A stretch of 64,000 nt of DNA from Candidatus Altimarinota bacterium (GCA_963664295.1 OY760935.1:800001-864000); one strand, 5' to 3'; numbered from the stretch's first letter, positions 29,884 through 40,946 are shown. Numbers and translations: made by a program. The notes: generated from the sequence alone by a model not told the origin.

Positions 29884-32800
29884 ATGGCAGAAAAATACAA
29901 TCATTTAGAAATTGAGAAAAAATGGCAAAAATTTTGGGAAGAAAATAAAACTTTTAAAGCAAGTGAAGATACACAAAAAGAAAAATTTTATGCTTTGGAT
30001 ATGTTTCCATATCCATCTGGAGCTGGTCTTCATGTTGGTCACCCAGAAGGCTACACAGCTAGTGATATAATCTGTCGCTATAAACGCATGAAAGATTTTG
30101 AGGTTTTACACCCAATGGGCTGGGACGCTTTTGGTTTGCCTGCGGAAAACCACGCAATAAAAACAGGTATTCACCCAAGAATATCAACAGAAAACAATAT
30201 CAATGTTTTTCGCAAACAAATTAGATCAATTGGTTTTTCTTATGATTGGGATCGTGAAATCGACTCCACTGACCCTGCTTATTTCAAGTGGACTCAGTGG
30301 ATCTTCCTGCAATTTTTTAATTCTTATTTTGATAAAGAAGCAAACAAAGCAAAGCCAATCACAGAATTAGAAAAAAAACTGGAACAAGAAGGAAAATTCG
30401 ATGGACTTAGCCAAAAAGAGCGCAATGAAATTTTAAGCAAATACAGACTTGCCTACGAAGAAAAAGCGCCAATCAATTTTTGCCCAAGCTGTAAAACAGG
30501 CCTAGCAAACGAAGAAGTTGTTGATGGAAAATGTGAACGTTGCCACACACCAGTAGAAAGAAAAAATATCCGCCAATGGATACTTAGAATTACAAAATAT
30601 GCAGAAAGATTATTAAATGATCTTAATCCTGCCACTGCTTTTGTTTTGCATGGCTATGGTGCTGACTCTGGTTCTAATTTTTTTCCATGGACAAAAAAAG
30701 AACTGGAAAAAAGAGGTTTCGAAACATACGCACCAGATTTTCCAAACACAGAAAATCCAAATTACGAAGAATGGAAAAAATATTTTGAAAAAAACTACGG
30801 AGATAAAATTGATGAAAAAACAATTTTAATCGGACACTCACTTGGTGGTAGCTTCATTCTCCGTTGGCTTTCCGAAACAGGCAGACAAATCGACCAGGCA
30901 ATATTAATAGCTCCTGCAAAAAACGACTGTGGGATAAGTCAAATTGGCAATTTTTTTGATACTGAACTGGATTTTGAAAAAATCAAAAATATAACAAATA
31001 AAATAATTTTAATTGGCAGTGATAATGATCAATTTATCCCCAAAACTGACTTTGATAGCATTGCAGAAAGCACCAATGCAGAATTTAATCTTCTTCCAGG
31101 TCGTGAACATTTAATGGATTTAGATCTGCCAGAATTATTACCTTATTTAGACAAAGCCTCAGAAAATATTCTTGATTGGCCAGACAAAATCAGCATTATG
31201 CAAAAAAACTGGATTGGAAAATCACAAGGAGCAGAAGTTGATTTTGAAATAAATAATGAAAAAGTGACTGTGTTCACAACTCGTCCGGATACTCTTTTTG
31301 GTGCTACTTATTTTGTGCTTTCTCCTGAACACCCATTAGTTGAAAAAATCACCACTCCTGAGCAAAAAGAAGAAGTGGAAAAATATATCAAAGAAGCTCA
31401 ACACAAATCCGACATGGAACGAACAGAGCTAAATAAAGATAAAACCGGTGTCTTTACCGGCGCTTATGCTGTCAATCCTGTTAATAATGAAAAAATACCT
31501 GTTTGGATTGCAGATTATGTACTCATGAGCTATGGAACAGGAGCAATTATGGCAGTACCTGCCCATGATGAACGGGACTTTGAATTTGCACAAAAATTTG
31601 ATTTACCAGTAATTGAAGTTGTTAAAGCGCCTGCAGGAAATGAGGAAGAATGTTTTGCAGGAAATGGCACAGCAATAAACTCTGGTTTTCTTAACGAACT
31701 CAGCACAGAAGAAGCAAAAGAAAAAATAATCAACTGGTTAGAAGAAAAAAAACTAGGCAAAAAAACAATAAATTACAAAATCCGTGACTGGATTTTTTCT
31801 CGTCAAAGATACTGGGGAGAGCCAATCCCAGTAATTCATTGTGAAAAATGTGGCACAGTTGCCATGCCAGAAAAAGAATTACCACTCGAACTACCAGAGG
31901 TAGAACAATATGAGCCTTCCGGTACTGGCGAAAGCCCACTTGTAAACATAACAAACTGGGTAAACACTACTTGCCCGGAATGCGGAGGGAATGCAAAAAG
32001 AGAAACCAACACAATGCCACAATGGGCTGGTTCGAGTTGGTATTGGCTTCGCTTTATGGATGCAAAAAATGACCAGGCTTTTTGCTCACAAAAAAATGAA
32101 AATTTCTGGGGCCCTGTAGATTTATATGTAGGTGGCGCAGAACATGCCGTGCTCCATCTTCTTTATTCTCGCTTTTGGCACAAATTATTATTTGATTTAA
32201 ATGAAGTACACACAAGAGAACCATTCAAAGCATTAAGAAATCAAGGAATGATACTAGCAGAAGATGGACAAAAAATGAGCAAATCTCTTGGCAATGTTGT
32301 AAATCCTGATGAAATTATTGAAAAATATGGAGCAGATACACTCCGAGTTTATGAAATGTTTATGGGTCCTTTTGAGCAAGCAAAAGCTTGGAGCACTTCT
32401 AGTGTAGAAGGTATTTATAAATTTCTACAAAGAGTTTGGATACTTTTCCAAAAACCATTTGACGAAATTCGTCCTGATGGAACTTGTGAAACAGGCATGA
32501 AACAAGAAATAAGAACCCTAATTCATAAAACAGTTAAAAAGGTCACCCTAGATATTGAAAATTTTAAATTCAATACAGCAATTTCGCAGATGATGATTTT
32601 TACAAACGAGGCTAGCAAGTGGGAAAAACTACCTAAAAAAACTATGGAAAAATTCATCAAACTACTTTCAACTTTTGCTCCTCATCTTGGCGAAGAAATT
32701 TGGAGCACAGTTTTGGGATATAATAAAACAATAGCCTATGAACCATGGCCAACTTGGGACGAAGATTTAACAAAAGATGCGGAAATGGAAATGCCTATAC

Positions 32801-32970
32801 AAATTAATGGGAAACTAAGGGCAACTGTAAAAGTGTCAGCAGACATAAACAAAGAGGACGCAATCAATACAGCAAAATCAGATCCAAAAGTTCAAAAATG
32901 GCTAGAAGAAAAAGAGATAATCAAAGAAATTTTCGTGCCGGGCAAGCTCGTAAATCTAGTAGTAAAATGA
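29884..32970 (+). CDS. leuS: Leucine--tRNA ligase with inserted RBBP9/YdeN alpha/beta-hydrolase domain
   Basis: [14 protein letters not shown], editing motifs FTTRPDT and [15 protein letters not shown], and KMSKS. The insertion (about aa 249-429) carries HGYG, GHSLG, SDND and GREH. Confidence 0.96.
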   Translation: MAEKYNHLEIEKKWQKFWEENKTFKASEDTQKEKFYALDMFPYPSGAGLHVGHPEGYTASDIICRYKRMKDFEVLHPMGWDAFGLPAENHAIKTGIHPRISTENNINVFRKQIRSIGFSYDWDREIDSTDPAYFKWTQWIFLQFFNSYFDKEANKAKPITELEKKLEQEGKFDGLSQKERNEILSKYRLAYEEKAPINFCPSCKTGLANEEVVDGKCERCHTPVERKNIRQWILRITKYAERLLNDLNPATAFVLHGYGADSGSNFFPWTKKELEKRGFETYAPDFPNTENPNYEEWKKYFEKNYGDKIDEKTILIGHSLGGSFILRWLSETGRQIDQAILIAPAKNDCGISQIGNFFDTELDFEKIKNITNKIILIGSDNDQFIPKTDFDSIAESTNAEFNLLPGREHLMDLDLPELLPYLDKASENILDWPDKISIMQKNWIGKSQGAEVDFEINNEKVTVFTTRPDTLFGATYFVLSPEHPLVEKITTPEQKEEVEKYIKEAQHKSDMERTELNKDKTGVFTGAYAVNPVNNEKIPVWIADYVLMSYGTGAIMAVPAHDERDFEFAQKFDLPVIEVVKAPAGNEEECFAGNGTAINSGFLNELSTEEAKEKIINWLEEKKLGKKTINYKIRDWIFSRQRYWGEPIPVIHCEKCGTVAMPEKELPLELPEVEQYEPSGTGESPLVNITNWVNTTCPECGGNAKRETNTMPQWAGSSWYWLRFMDAKNDQAFCSQKNENFWGPVDLYVGGAEHAVLHLLYSRFWHKLLFDLNEVHTREPFKALRNQGMILAEDGQKMSKSLGNVVNPDEIIEKYGADTLRVYEMFMGPFEQAKAWSTSSVEGIYKFLQRVWILFQKPFDEIRPDGTCETGMKQEIRTLIHKTVKKVTLDIENFKFNTAISQMMIFTNEASKWEKLPKKTMEKFIKLLSTFAPHLGEEIWSTVLGYNKTIAYEPWPTWDEDLTKDAEMEMPIQINGKLRATVKVSADINKEDAINTAKSDPKVQKWLEEKEIIKEIFVPGKLVNLVVK

Positions 32971-33332
32971 AAAAAACAGACTTAATCATAGAAAATCACA
33001 AAGAAATTTGGGAATTTATTAGTAAAAATTGTTTACGCAAAAAATTTTGCTGGCATGAATTTATTGTTATACCAAAAAATAAATTTAAAGAAGTACAAGG
33101 CTTGTTCGAAAAGCACAAAAATTTATTTTTCAAAGAAGTCGAATACAGAAGTAAACATTTTCTTCGCCATGTCCATGCTATTGACTTTGGCGATGTTGTG
33201 ATTTGCCATCGTGATTTTGTAAATCACAAAAAAACCAAACTAATCGGACTTATTTTGCACACTATTCTAGATTTTATTCCTTATATTTTCATGTCTTTTT
33301 TAAAGCTAAAAAAACCAATTAGATATTTTTAG
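32967..33332 (+). CDS. Hypothetical protein
   Basis: ATGA overlap with the leuS stop. 121-aa ORF with His-rich motifs (HVHA, CHRD, HTILD). Confidence 0.65.
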   Translation: MKKTDLIIENHKEIWEFISKNCLRKKFCWHEFIVIPKNKFKEVQGLFEKHKNLFFKEVEYRSKHFLRHVHAIDFGDVVICHRDFVNHKKTKLIGLILHTILDFIPYIFMSFLKLKKPIRYF

Positions 33333-33391
33333 TTTTTCTCTTGAAAATATCGCAAAAATAAGCGAAAATCTTTCAGTAATCTTTACTTAAC

Positions 33392-34279
33392 ATGAAATTT
33401 AATATTATAAAAAACAAAGTTTGGTGGTTTTCCTTCTCAGCTGTTTTAGTTCTCGCTAGTTTAATTCTTATTTTTAGCGGTGGCTTAAAGTGGGGAATTG
33501 ACTTCAGCGGTGGCACTTTAATTGATATTTCTTTTGGAAAATCAGTTGAAGCAAGTGAAATAGAAAATATTTTTGCTAATACTGTTGGAGAAGACAAAGG
33601 TCAACAAATAACTTCCACGGAAGATGGTGTTATTATTCGCTCTCGCGAAATTACAAACGAAGAACAAGAAGCATTTTTGGGATCATTAAAAGAAAAAAGC
33701 TACAACTATACAGTTAATAGAAGTCAATCAGTTGGCCCTAGAGTGGGAGATGTTTTCAAAAAAAGAGCTTACTGGGCACTTGGCATTGCACTTTTAACCA
33801 TTGTTGCTTTTATTGCTCTTTCTTTCCGCAAAATGCCTAGTCATATTTCTCCTTGGAAATTCGGCATCTCTGCAATTATTGCTCTTGCACATGATGTAAT
33901 TATCACAACTGGCGTCTTTGCTTTACTTGGTTTTATCGCTGGCGTAGAAATTGATGCCTTATTCATCACAGCTTTGCTTACTGTTATGGGCTTTTCTGTT
34001 CATGATACTATTGTTGTTTTTGACAGGCTTAGGGAAAATTTAAAACAAGAAAAATCTCTTAAAAAATTCCCTGATGTAGCAGAAAAAGCACTCTGGCAAA
34101 CAATGACAAGATCAATCAATACTTCTATTTCAACTTTATTTGTTCTTGTTGCTTTGCTTGTTCTTGGAAGTAGCACTTTATTTTATTTCATACTTGCCTT
34201 AGTGGTTGGTATTTTGATTGGAACTTATTCTTCTATTTTCCTTGCCACTCCAATATTAGTTGCTTGGCAAAAAAAATAA
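33392..34279 (+). CDS. secF: Protein translocase subunit SecF
   Basis: GIDFSGGT, SVGP, ALAHD, GFSVHDTIVVFDRLREN, TRSINTS and GTYSSIF. Confidence 0.95.
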   Translation: MKFNIIKNKVWWFSFSAVLVLASLILIFSGGLKWGIDFSGGTLIDISFGKSVEASEIENIFANTVGEDKGQQITSTEDGVIIRSREITNEEQEAFLGSLKEKSYNYTVNRSQSVGPRVGDVFKKRAYWALGIALLTIVAFIALSFRKMPSHISPWKFGISAIIALAHDVIITTGVFALLGFIAGVEIDALFITALLTVMGFSVHDTIVVFDRLRENLKQEKSLKKFPDVAEKALWQTMTRSINTSISTLFVLVALLVLGSSTLFYFILALVVGILIGTYSSIFLATPILVAWQKK

Positions 34280-34290
34280 ATCAAGCTCAC

Positions 34291-34321
34291 AAAAGCCTCT
34301 AGCAATAGAGGTTTTTTTTTG
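34291..34321 (+). terminator. Intrinsic terminator after secF
   Basis: GCCTCTA-gcaa-TAGAGGT hairpin followed by a long T run. Confidence 0.8.
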
Positions 34322-34353
34322 TAATAATCAATTAGCTTTTGTTCTTTAAATAC

Positions 34354-34430
34354 GCCCGCGTAGCTCAATTGGATAGAGTACCCGGCTTCGAACCGGTTGG
34401 TTGGGGGTTCAAGTCCCTCCGCGGGCGCCA
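34354..34430 (+). tRNA. tRNA-Arg (anticodon TCG)
   Basis: GCCCGCG/CGCGGGC acceptor stem, D-arm AGCTCAATTGGATAGAG, anticodon loop CT-TCG-AA, T-loop TTCAAGT, encoded CCA. Confidence 0.95.
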
Positions 34431-34444
34431 TAAAAGCACAACTT

Positions 34445-35839
34445 ATGCAAAAAACTGATTTTTTGATTATCGGCAGTGGTATAGCAGGATTAGCACTAGC
34501 GCTAGAGCTATCACAAATTGGCGAAGTAGTAATATTAACAAAAAAAGACATTTCCGCAGGCTCAACCGGACTTGCCCAAGGTGGCATTGCCGGTGTTCGA
34601 GATACTTCAAAAGACACTTTTGAACAGCATTTCGAAGACACAATTAAGGCAGGCAGTAATCATAACGACAAAAAGGCTGTGCAATTTTTAGTCAAAAACG
34701 CCCCCTCTGCCTTAAAAAAATTAGAAAAATATGGAGTTAAATTTGACTTTTCTTTACACAAAGAAGGAGGACACTCTCTTCCTCGAATTTCCCATGTTGC
34801 TGATGAAACCGGCAGAGCAGTACAGGAAATTCTCACTGAACAAGTGAAAAAAAATAAAAAAATAAAAATAATCGAAAATGCATTCACAACAGATTTGTTG
34901 GTAAAAAATAAAACCGCTTATGGCGTTTCCTGGTTTGATGGTGAAAAATCAAATAATTTTTATGCACAAAAAATAATTCTTTCTACTGGTGGCTGTGGGC
35001 AAATATATAAAAAAACCACTAATCCTTCAGTGGCAACAGGCGATGGTATAGCCATGGCAATTAGAGCAGGCGCAAAAACAAAAGATCTCGAATTTGTGCA
35101 ATTTCACCCTACTGCTTTTGACTATCCACGCGATCCACTTTTTTTGCTCTCCGAAGCCCTGCGCGGTGATGGCGCCTATCTTGTAAATGAAAAAGAGGAG
35201 CGTTTTACAGACGAACTGGCACCAAGAGATAAAGTTGCCCGAGCAATTTTTCGACAAAAAAAAGCTTTTCTGGATTTTCGTCATGAAAAAAGAGAAGAAC
35301 TTGCTAAAAAATTTCCTAATATTTTTGAAAATCTGCTTACAGCAGGCTACGACCTCTCAAAAAACCTAGTACCAATAACACCTGCTGGTCATTTTATGTG
35401 CGGAGGCGTGCTTGTTGACACCAATGGCGAAACTTCAATAAAAAATCTTTTTGCCTTAGGCGAAGTAGCCTGCACAGGAGTACATGGAGCAAATCGCCTT
35501 GCTTCAAACTCCCTCTTAGAGGCAGTTGTTTTTGCTCAAGCTATTTTTGATAACCTTAAAAAATCTCCACCAATTACCAATTTCCCTATTTTTGAAATTA
35601 AAGAATTTATTCCAGAAAAAGACTCTGACAAAAAAACTCGCAAAAAACTACAAGAAATAATGTGGGAAAAAATTGGCCTAATTCGCACAGAAAAAGGATT
35701 AAAAGAAGCAATAAAAAAACTAAACCACCTTAAAGCAAAAGGCACAGAGACAAAAAACTTGTTAACAACAGCAATTCAAGTCGCAAAATCCGCCCACGCA
35801 AGAAAAAAATCCCTAGGCGCACATTTTATAGAAAATTAA
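34445..35839 (+). CDS. nadB: L-aspartate oxidase
   Basis: IIGSGIAGL, AQGGIA, EGGHS..RI.H, QFHPT, LSEALRG and GVHGANRLASNSLLE. Start moved to ATG 34445 because the ORF-track start lies inside the tRNA. Confidence 0.93.
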   Translation: MQKTDFLIIGSGIAGLALALELSQIGEVVILTKKDISAGSTGLAQGGIAGVRDTSKDTFEQHFEDTIKAGSNHNDKKAVQFLVKNAPSALKKLEKYGVKFDFSLHKEGGHSLPRISHVADETGRAVQEILTEQVKKNKKIKIIENAFTTDLLVKNKTAYGVSWFDGEKSNNFYAQKIILSTGGCGQIYKKTTNPSVATGDGIAMAIRAGAKTKDLEFVQFHPTAFDYPRDPLFLLSEALRGDGAYLVNEKEERFTDELAPRDKVARAIFRQKKAFLDFRHEKREELAKKFPNIFENLLTAGYDLSKNLVPITPAGHFMCGGVLVDTNGETSIKNLFALGEVACTGVHGANRLASNSLLEAVVFAQAIFDNLKKSPPITNFPIFEIKEFIPEKDSDKKTRKKLQEIMWEKIGLIRTEKGLKEAIKKLNHLKAKGTETKNLLTTAIQVAKSAHARKKSLGAHFIEN

Positions 35840-36891
35840 TTTTTTTCAACAAAAACAGTTTGAGTTGGGAAAGCAAAAATAATTTTCTCTTTTTCAAAGG
35901 AGTCATGAATAGCAAAATTCAATTCCTCTCTTTTTTCACAGAAAATTTTATATTCTTTAGATAAAACAAAAAACACCACCTCAAAATTCAGCGAAAAATC
36001 ACCAAATTCTTTAAAAGCAACTCTATCTATTTCCAAATTCTCAATTTTTTTACCAGCATTAGTCACTAAAGCTTTAATTTTTTTCAACTTATCAGCAGAA
36101 GTAGAATACTCAACACCAATCACAAAATCACCACGCCTTTTTTTCATCTTACGATAATTTTGAATACGAGAAGCAGTTAAGTCTTGATTAGCAACAATAA
36201 TCTCCTCACCAGTCAAAGATTCAATACGAGTAGTTTTAATGCCAATTTTTTTCACAGTACCTTTAATTCCATCAAAGCTAATATAGTCACCTGCTTTAAA
36301 AGGCTTATCTAAAAAAATCGAAAAAGAAGAAAACATATCTCCCAAAACAGTTTGCAAAGCAAGAGCAACAGCAATACCACCAATACCTAAACCAGCAATC
36401 AAAGAAGAAACATTAACTCCTAGGTTCTGCATCAAAAACAAACCAGCTAAAACCCAAATAACAATTTTCAATAAACGACCAGCAAAATCAATCGCACTCG
36501 CACTATCTTGATTTTTTTCAGCAACCTGCCCAACACCATAAGTGATGATCTTGTTTACAGCCTTAACAATTTCAAAAATAACAACCACAAAAACAAAAAA
36601 CTTCAGCCAATGCTCAACAGTAAAAGGCAAATAAACAAATTGCGTAGATAAATAAAGAGAAACAGCAAATACAAATAAACCATTAATATCTTTAACAATA
36701 TCAACTAATAAATCATCAATAGTACTTTTTGTCTTTTTGCTTATTTTTTTAATAGTTTTAACAGCACTTTTCTTTGCAAAAGGAATAACAAAAGAAAAAA
36801 TAATAAAAAACAAAACAGCAATAAGCCATTTATCTAAGCTATTGTTCCAAAATTCATAATTTAAAAAATCTTTCAGCATATCTAAGCTCAT
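35836..36891 (-). CDS. Small-conductance mechanosensitive channel (MscS family)
   Basis: GLGIGGIAVALALQ, DKPFKAGDYI, IGIKTTRI and FAFPTQ. Confidence 0.93.
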   Translation of the reverse strand: MSLDMLKDFLNYEFWNNSLDKWLIAVLFFIIFSFVIPFAKKSAVKTIKKISKKTKSTIDDLLVDIVKDINGLFVFAVSLYLSTQFVYLPFTVEHWLKFFVFVVVIFEIVKAVNKIITYGVGQVAEKNQDSASAIDFAGRLLKIVIWVLAGLFLMQNLGVNVSSLIAGLGIGGIAVALALQTVLGDMFSSFSIFLDKPFKAGDYISFDGIKGTVKKIGIKTTRIESLTGEEIIVANQDLTASRIQNYRKMKKRRGDFVIGVEYSTSADKLKKIKALVTNAGKKIENLEIDRVAFKEFGDFSLNFEVVFFVLSKEYKIFCEKREELNFAIHDSFEKEKIIFAFPTQTVFVEKN

Positions 36892-36960
36892 TTTTTCAAA
36901 AAAAATTCACCTCAATTCTCTCAAAAAAAGTTCAAAAAGCCAAATTATTAAACAAAGCTG

Positions 36961-36988
36961 TTGACATAAGTAGTAATTAGCTTATAAT
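36961..36988 (+). promoter_or_regulatory. Consensus sigma70 promoter TTGACA-N16-TATAAT
   Basis: Both hexamers are perfect and lie upstream of ORF 37021. Confidence 0.7.
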
Positions 36989-37020
36989 GTGCTCCTTTTT
37001 TATTTTTATATACCATTATT

Positions 37021-37920
37021 ATGAATAATACAGGAGCAGAAAAAAGAATTTATGTGCCAGAACAACAAGAAACAACACAAAAGCCAATGCCTCGTAAAAT
37101 AAAACCCGCACTAGTTCTTCCAAATAGTCGAGGAGCATTTAATAGGCAAGGTGGAATACAAATAAATCCAGAAAATATGATTTTTATGCGTGCTAATGAT
37201 CCAGTATTTGTCTCAGAAGATGGACATTTATGTCTACAAGCAAAAATGGACAACAAAGGAGAAACGCCCTTAATAATCAATACTACAAATCAAGAAACTA
37301 CAGAAATATTACCAGGATTAACACCGGTAAATGGCTATGAAAAATCCGTAAAAGGACCAAATGGAAAAAATTGCGACATACTACTTGGTGGTTCAATAGC
37401 AAGAGGAATAGACAAAAGGGCTCAGCTAATCATGGAAAAAATAATGAATATGCAAGCAGGAGAATCACTAAGCCTAAAAGCACATGGTGGACTTTTTCGC
37501 AAAGAAGACTTTGACGGTGCACCATTTACAGCCGATAACACCAGAACATTTGCCAGCGAAGTGATTGAGCAAGTAATGGCAGTCACAAAAAATCTATTAA
37601 CATCTAAAGAATTAAAGTTAAGCCAAAAAGGCACAGAGCTAATGTTAGAAAAACAACCACTAAAAAAACTTTTTAGTAATTTTATAAAGCATTTACGAGA
37701 ATTAGTAGGCAATAAATCAATAGATGTCAAAGAAGTGACAACAGAAGGTCAGATGATAATTCTAACAATATCCTATGCACAAGGAATAAAAAGCAAACTC
37801 GTCAAAGTTAAGCTTTTCTTCCAAGATATTGCAGAATTAGAAAAAGACGATGAATTTAAGTTCGATGTAGGAGCTATGATCGAAGAAGGCATAGAAGACA
37901 TAATCACATTCCGAAATTAA
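37021..37920 (+). CDS. Hypothetical protein
   Basis: 299-aa ORF behind a consensus promoter. No motif recognised. Confidence 0.75.
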   Translation: MNNTGAEKRIYVPEQQETTQKPMPRKIKPALVLPNSRGAFNRQGGIQINPENMIFMRANDPVFVSEDGHLCLQAKMDNKGETPLIINTTNQETTEILPGLTPVNGYEKSVKGPNGKNCDILLGGSIARGIDKRAQLIMEKIMNMQAGESLSLKAHGGLFRKEDFDGAPFTADNTRTFASEVIEQVMAVTKNLLTSKELKLSQKGTELMLEKQPLKKLFSNFIKHLRELVGNKSIDVKEVTTEGQMIILTISYAQGIKSKLVKVKLFFQDIAELEKDDEFKFDVGAMIEEGIEDIITFRN

Positions 37921-38726
37921 ACAGCCTCCAATTCTTTCATAGCCTGAGCAAACTCTTCTTCATTTGGCGCTTTTCCGTGCCAACCAACCTGATTTTCCAT
38001 ATAACTAACACCCTTCCCCTTAGTTGTGTGAGCAATAATCGCAACAGGCTTGTCTCTTACTTCAATCGCTTTTTTAAGTGTGTCTTCAATTTGATCAAAA
38101 TCATGACCCATGCACTCCAAAACCTCCCAACCACAAGCAGAAAATTTCTTCGCAACATCACCAAGCCCACAAACCTCATCAGTAGCACCATCAATCTGCA
38201 AGCCATTTTTATCCACAATCGCCACTAAATTACCCAATTTTTCCTGTGCTGAGCTCATAACAGCCTCCCAAATTTGCCCCTCTTGAAGCTCGCCATCACC
38301 ATGAAGCGAAAAAACCTTATTCGGCTTATTGTCAATTTTCAAGCCCATTGCAATCCCCTTTGCAACAGAAAGTCCCTGTCCCAAAGAGCCAGAACAAACT
38401 TCAACCCCAGGAATATGATTCGTTGGATGACCTTGCAAAAGAGCATTAACCTGCCTCAATTCAAATAAATTATCTTTTTCAAAAAATCCAGCCTCGGCCA
38501 AAACAGCATAAAGCGCAGGCGCCGCATGACCCTTAGATAAAACAAAATAATCACGCTTATCCCATTTTGGATTTTTTTCATCAAAACTAACAAACCCCCC
38601 AAAATAAAGCGTGGTCAAAATATCAATACAAGAAAGAGAAGGTCCAGGATGACCACTCCCCGAAGCATAAAGCATTTTAATAATATCAGCACGCAAATTA
38701 TTTGCAATTTCTGGTAATTTTTTCAC
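37917..38726 (-). CDS. Transketolase, N-terminal (TPP-binding) subunit of a split enzyme
   Basis: GSGHPGPSLS, DYFVLSKGHAAPALY, LQGHP, GSLGQG, GDGELQEGQIWEA and WHGKAP. GTG start inferred. Confidence 0.92.
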   Translation of the reverse strand: MKKLPEIANNLRADIIKMLYASGSGHPGPSLSCIDILTTLYFGGFVSFDEKNPKWDKRDYFVLSKGHAAPALYAVLAEAGFFEKDNLFELRQVNALLQGHPTNHIPGVEVCSGSLGQGLSVAKGIAMGLKIDNKPNKVFSLHGDGELQEGQIWEAVMSSAQEKLGNLVAIVDKNGLQIDGATDEVCGLGDVAKKFSACGWEVLECMGHDFDQIEDTLKKAIEVRDKPVAIIAHTTKGKGVSYMENQVGWHGKAPNEEEFAQAMKELEAV

Positions 38727-38836
38727 TCTATTATAAAAAAGCTTTTTTATTTTAAAGAACTCTCTGTTAAATGTCAGCCTTTTTATCAAAAACCTTGATT
38801 TTTTTGCACAATAAAGGCAAAATTGGCAGGTCTTTT

Positions 38837-38913
<77 letters not shown>

Positions 38914-38949
38914 TTAATGTCATGACAAAAAAGTAATAATTTAAATTAA

Positions 38950-39921
38950 ATGACCATCTCTGAAAAAAATCCATGCAGACTGAAATATTTTCCGATCTCA
39001 TTCTTTTCAATAATTTTGGGATTAGCAGGTTTTACTATTGCCAGTCAAAAGTTTGAACATCTGTTTTTACATAACACTATTTTAAGTTCGGTTATTTTGA
39101 CCTTTACAATTCTGCTTTTTGTATTGTTAAGTGCATTATATAGCTATAAAATTTTAAATTTTGCAAACAAAGTTAAAGAAGAATTTGATAGTCCTATAAA
39201 AATCAATTTTTTTCCGACTTTTTCAATTTCTATACTATTAATAAGTATCGCTTTGTTGGATGTAAACTTAGTGCTCTCAAAATATTTTTGGATGGCGGGA
39301 ACAATATCCCACTTTCTTTTTACTTTAAAGATCGTTTCTGTTTGGATTCAACATTCAAAATTTGAAATTACACATATGAATCCTGCGTGGTTTATTCCCG
39401 CTGTAGGAAATATCCTTGTCCCTGTAGCAGGATCTGCTCATGCTTCACCAGAAATTTCCTGGTTTTTCTATAGTATAGGTCTACTTTTTTGGATTATTTT
39501 ACTGATAGTATTTTTTAATCGGATTATTTTTCATAATCCTTTACCACAAAAATTATTGCCAACATTATTTATTTTGATAGCACCACCTGCTGTTGGCTTT
39601 ATTTCATACGTTAAATTAACCGAAAATATTAATGAATTTAGCAGAATTTTATACTATTTTGCCTTATTTTTAGTGATTTTATTATTTTTTCAGTGGAGGT
39701 TGTTTTACAAAATTAAATTTTATCTTTCCTGGTGGGCGTATTCTTTTCCTGTCGCAGCTATTACTATTGCAAGTTTTTTAATGTTCAAAGAAACTAATTT
39801 ATTAGCATTCAAGTTTGTTTTTATCGGACTATATTTTATTTTGTCCGTAATTGTTGCCTTCTTGCTAATTAAGACAATTATTCAGATAAAAAATAAAGCT
39901 ATTTGTGTTGAGGAAGATTAG
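38950..39921 (+). CDS. SLAC1/TehA (TDT) family anion channel
   Basis: LKYFPISFF, NFFPTFSIS, NPAWFIPAVGN, PTLFILIAPP and LSWWAYSFP. About 10 TM helices. Confidence 0.9.
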   Translation: MTISEKNPCRLKYFPISFFSIILGLAGFTIASQKFEHLFLHNTILSSVILTFTILLFVLLSALYSYKILNFANKVKEEFDSPIKINFFPTFSISILLISIALLDVNLVLSKYFWMAGTISHFLFTLKIVSVWIQHSKFEITHMNPAWFIPAVGNILVPVAGSAHASPEISWFFYSIGLLFWIILLIVFFNRIIFHNPLPQKLLPTLFILIAPPAVGFISYVKLTENINEFSRILYYFALFLVILLFFQWRLFYKIKFYLSWWAYSFPVAAITIASFLMFKETNLLAFKFVFIGLYFILSVIVAFLLIKTIIQIKNKAICVEED

Positions 39922-40174
39922 ATATGTATTCAAAGGAATCCGAATTTTGAGCGAGATATTCTTTCAAATCCTTGATAACCTGACAAAGAATTGTATTACA
40001 CCGTTTGGTTACTGGTTCAATATCTGTCTTGAAAGCCCCACTAATAAAAATAGTCTGGCGAAACATGGGCATTAATGATTCTAGAGCAATATTAAAAAAT
40101 CGTTTTGAAGATTTAGACTTAGACCTAAATACTCTATTAAAAAATATTTAATAAATTTAATCATCAAAACCCAT

Positions 40175-40939
40175 ATGAATATTACAAAAAAACAAATCAC
40201 ATCTCTTTTTTGGTCAAAAACTAATGCTATTTCTATATTATTAGTATTGTTAATAGCCATATATTTTCATTTTGAACCAACCGTGGGCCTTTTTGACCTA
40301 AGCACAAGCACATGGTCTTTTTATCCAAAAACCATAATACCTCTTTTTTTAATGTTTATTTGTATGAATATTATGGGTTATTCATTAACAATAGAGAGGC
40401 GATGGTTAAAATCAGGAGTATTTATGACAACATTTTATATATTATTTTTATTGATTGCTTATGTTTTTGAGCATGACAAATGTAGCGATATGGGCTGTGG
40501 ATTTGTCTGGATTATATTTTTTAGCAGTCTCCCTACCTCGTTAATCATTTTCATACCTCTAATTGGCTTACTTGCAATTCCTTTAATTTTGGCACAATGG
40601 TTTTTTGTTGGTGTCATTATTGGAGCCATATTCAACACAAAACCATTTCGATGGATAGGAAGACAATTAATTTCTAAATTTTCTATCTATGGAGCAATTG
40701 CTGTTACTACTATTTTTTTATTAACTGCCAGTTTTTATTTTCTTCCTGGCGAAACTGCGGATAAAATATTTAGCATTTTATGGGAACGCCACCGTTTTGA
40801 TGATTCAATTCTTGCAAGACAATTTCTTACTATCGGCATGATAGGCGCCTTCATAGGTATTACATTTGGACTATGTCTTAAGCTTATAGTAAATATAATA
40901 CTTTTCATAAGTAAGATTTTTAAAAAAATATTTAATTAA
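40175..40939 (+). CDS. Hypothetical multi-pass membrane protein
   Basis: About 7 hydrophobic segments and a CSDMGC loop. Confidence 0.7.
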   Translation: MNITKKQITSLFWSKTNAISILLVLLIAIYFHFEPTVGLFDLSTSTWSFYPKTIIPLFLMFICMNIMGYSLTIERRWLKSGVFMTTFYILFLLIAYVFEHDKCSDMGCGFVWIIFFSSLPTSLIIFIPLIGLLAIPLILAQWFFVGVIIGAIFNTKPFRWIGRQLISKFSIYGAIAVTTIFLLTASFYFLPGETADKIFSILWERHRFDDSILARQFLTIGMIGAFIGITFGLCLKLIVNIILFISKIFKKIFN

Positions 40940-40946
40940 AAAACCT

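Noticed and set aside
30628-31170. Intein in leuS
   Set aside because: No Cys/Ser start with His-Asn end and no homing-endonuclease motifs. The insert has alpha/beta-hydrolase motifs.
34225-34641. 138-aa minus ORF and the extended nadB start
   Set aside because: They overlap tRNA-Arg and the antisense strands of nadB and secF, so they are spurious.
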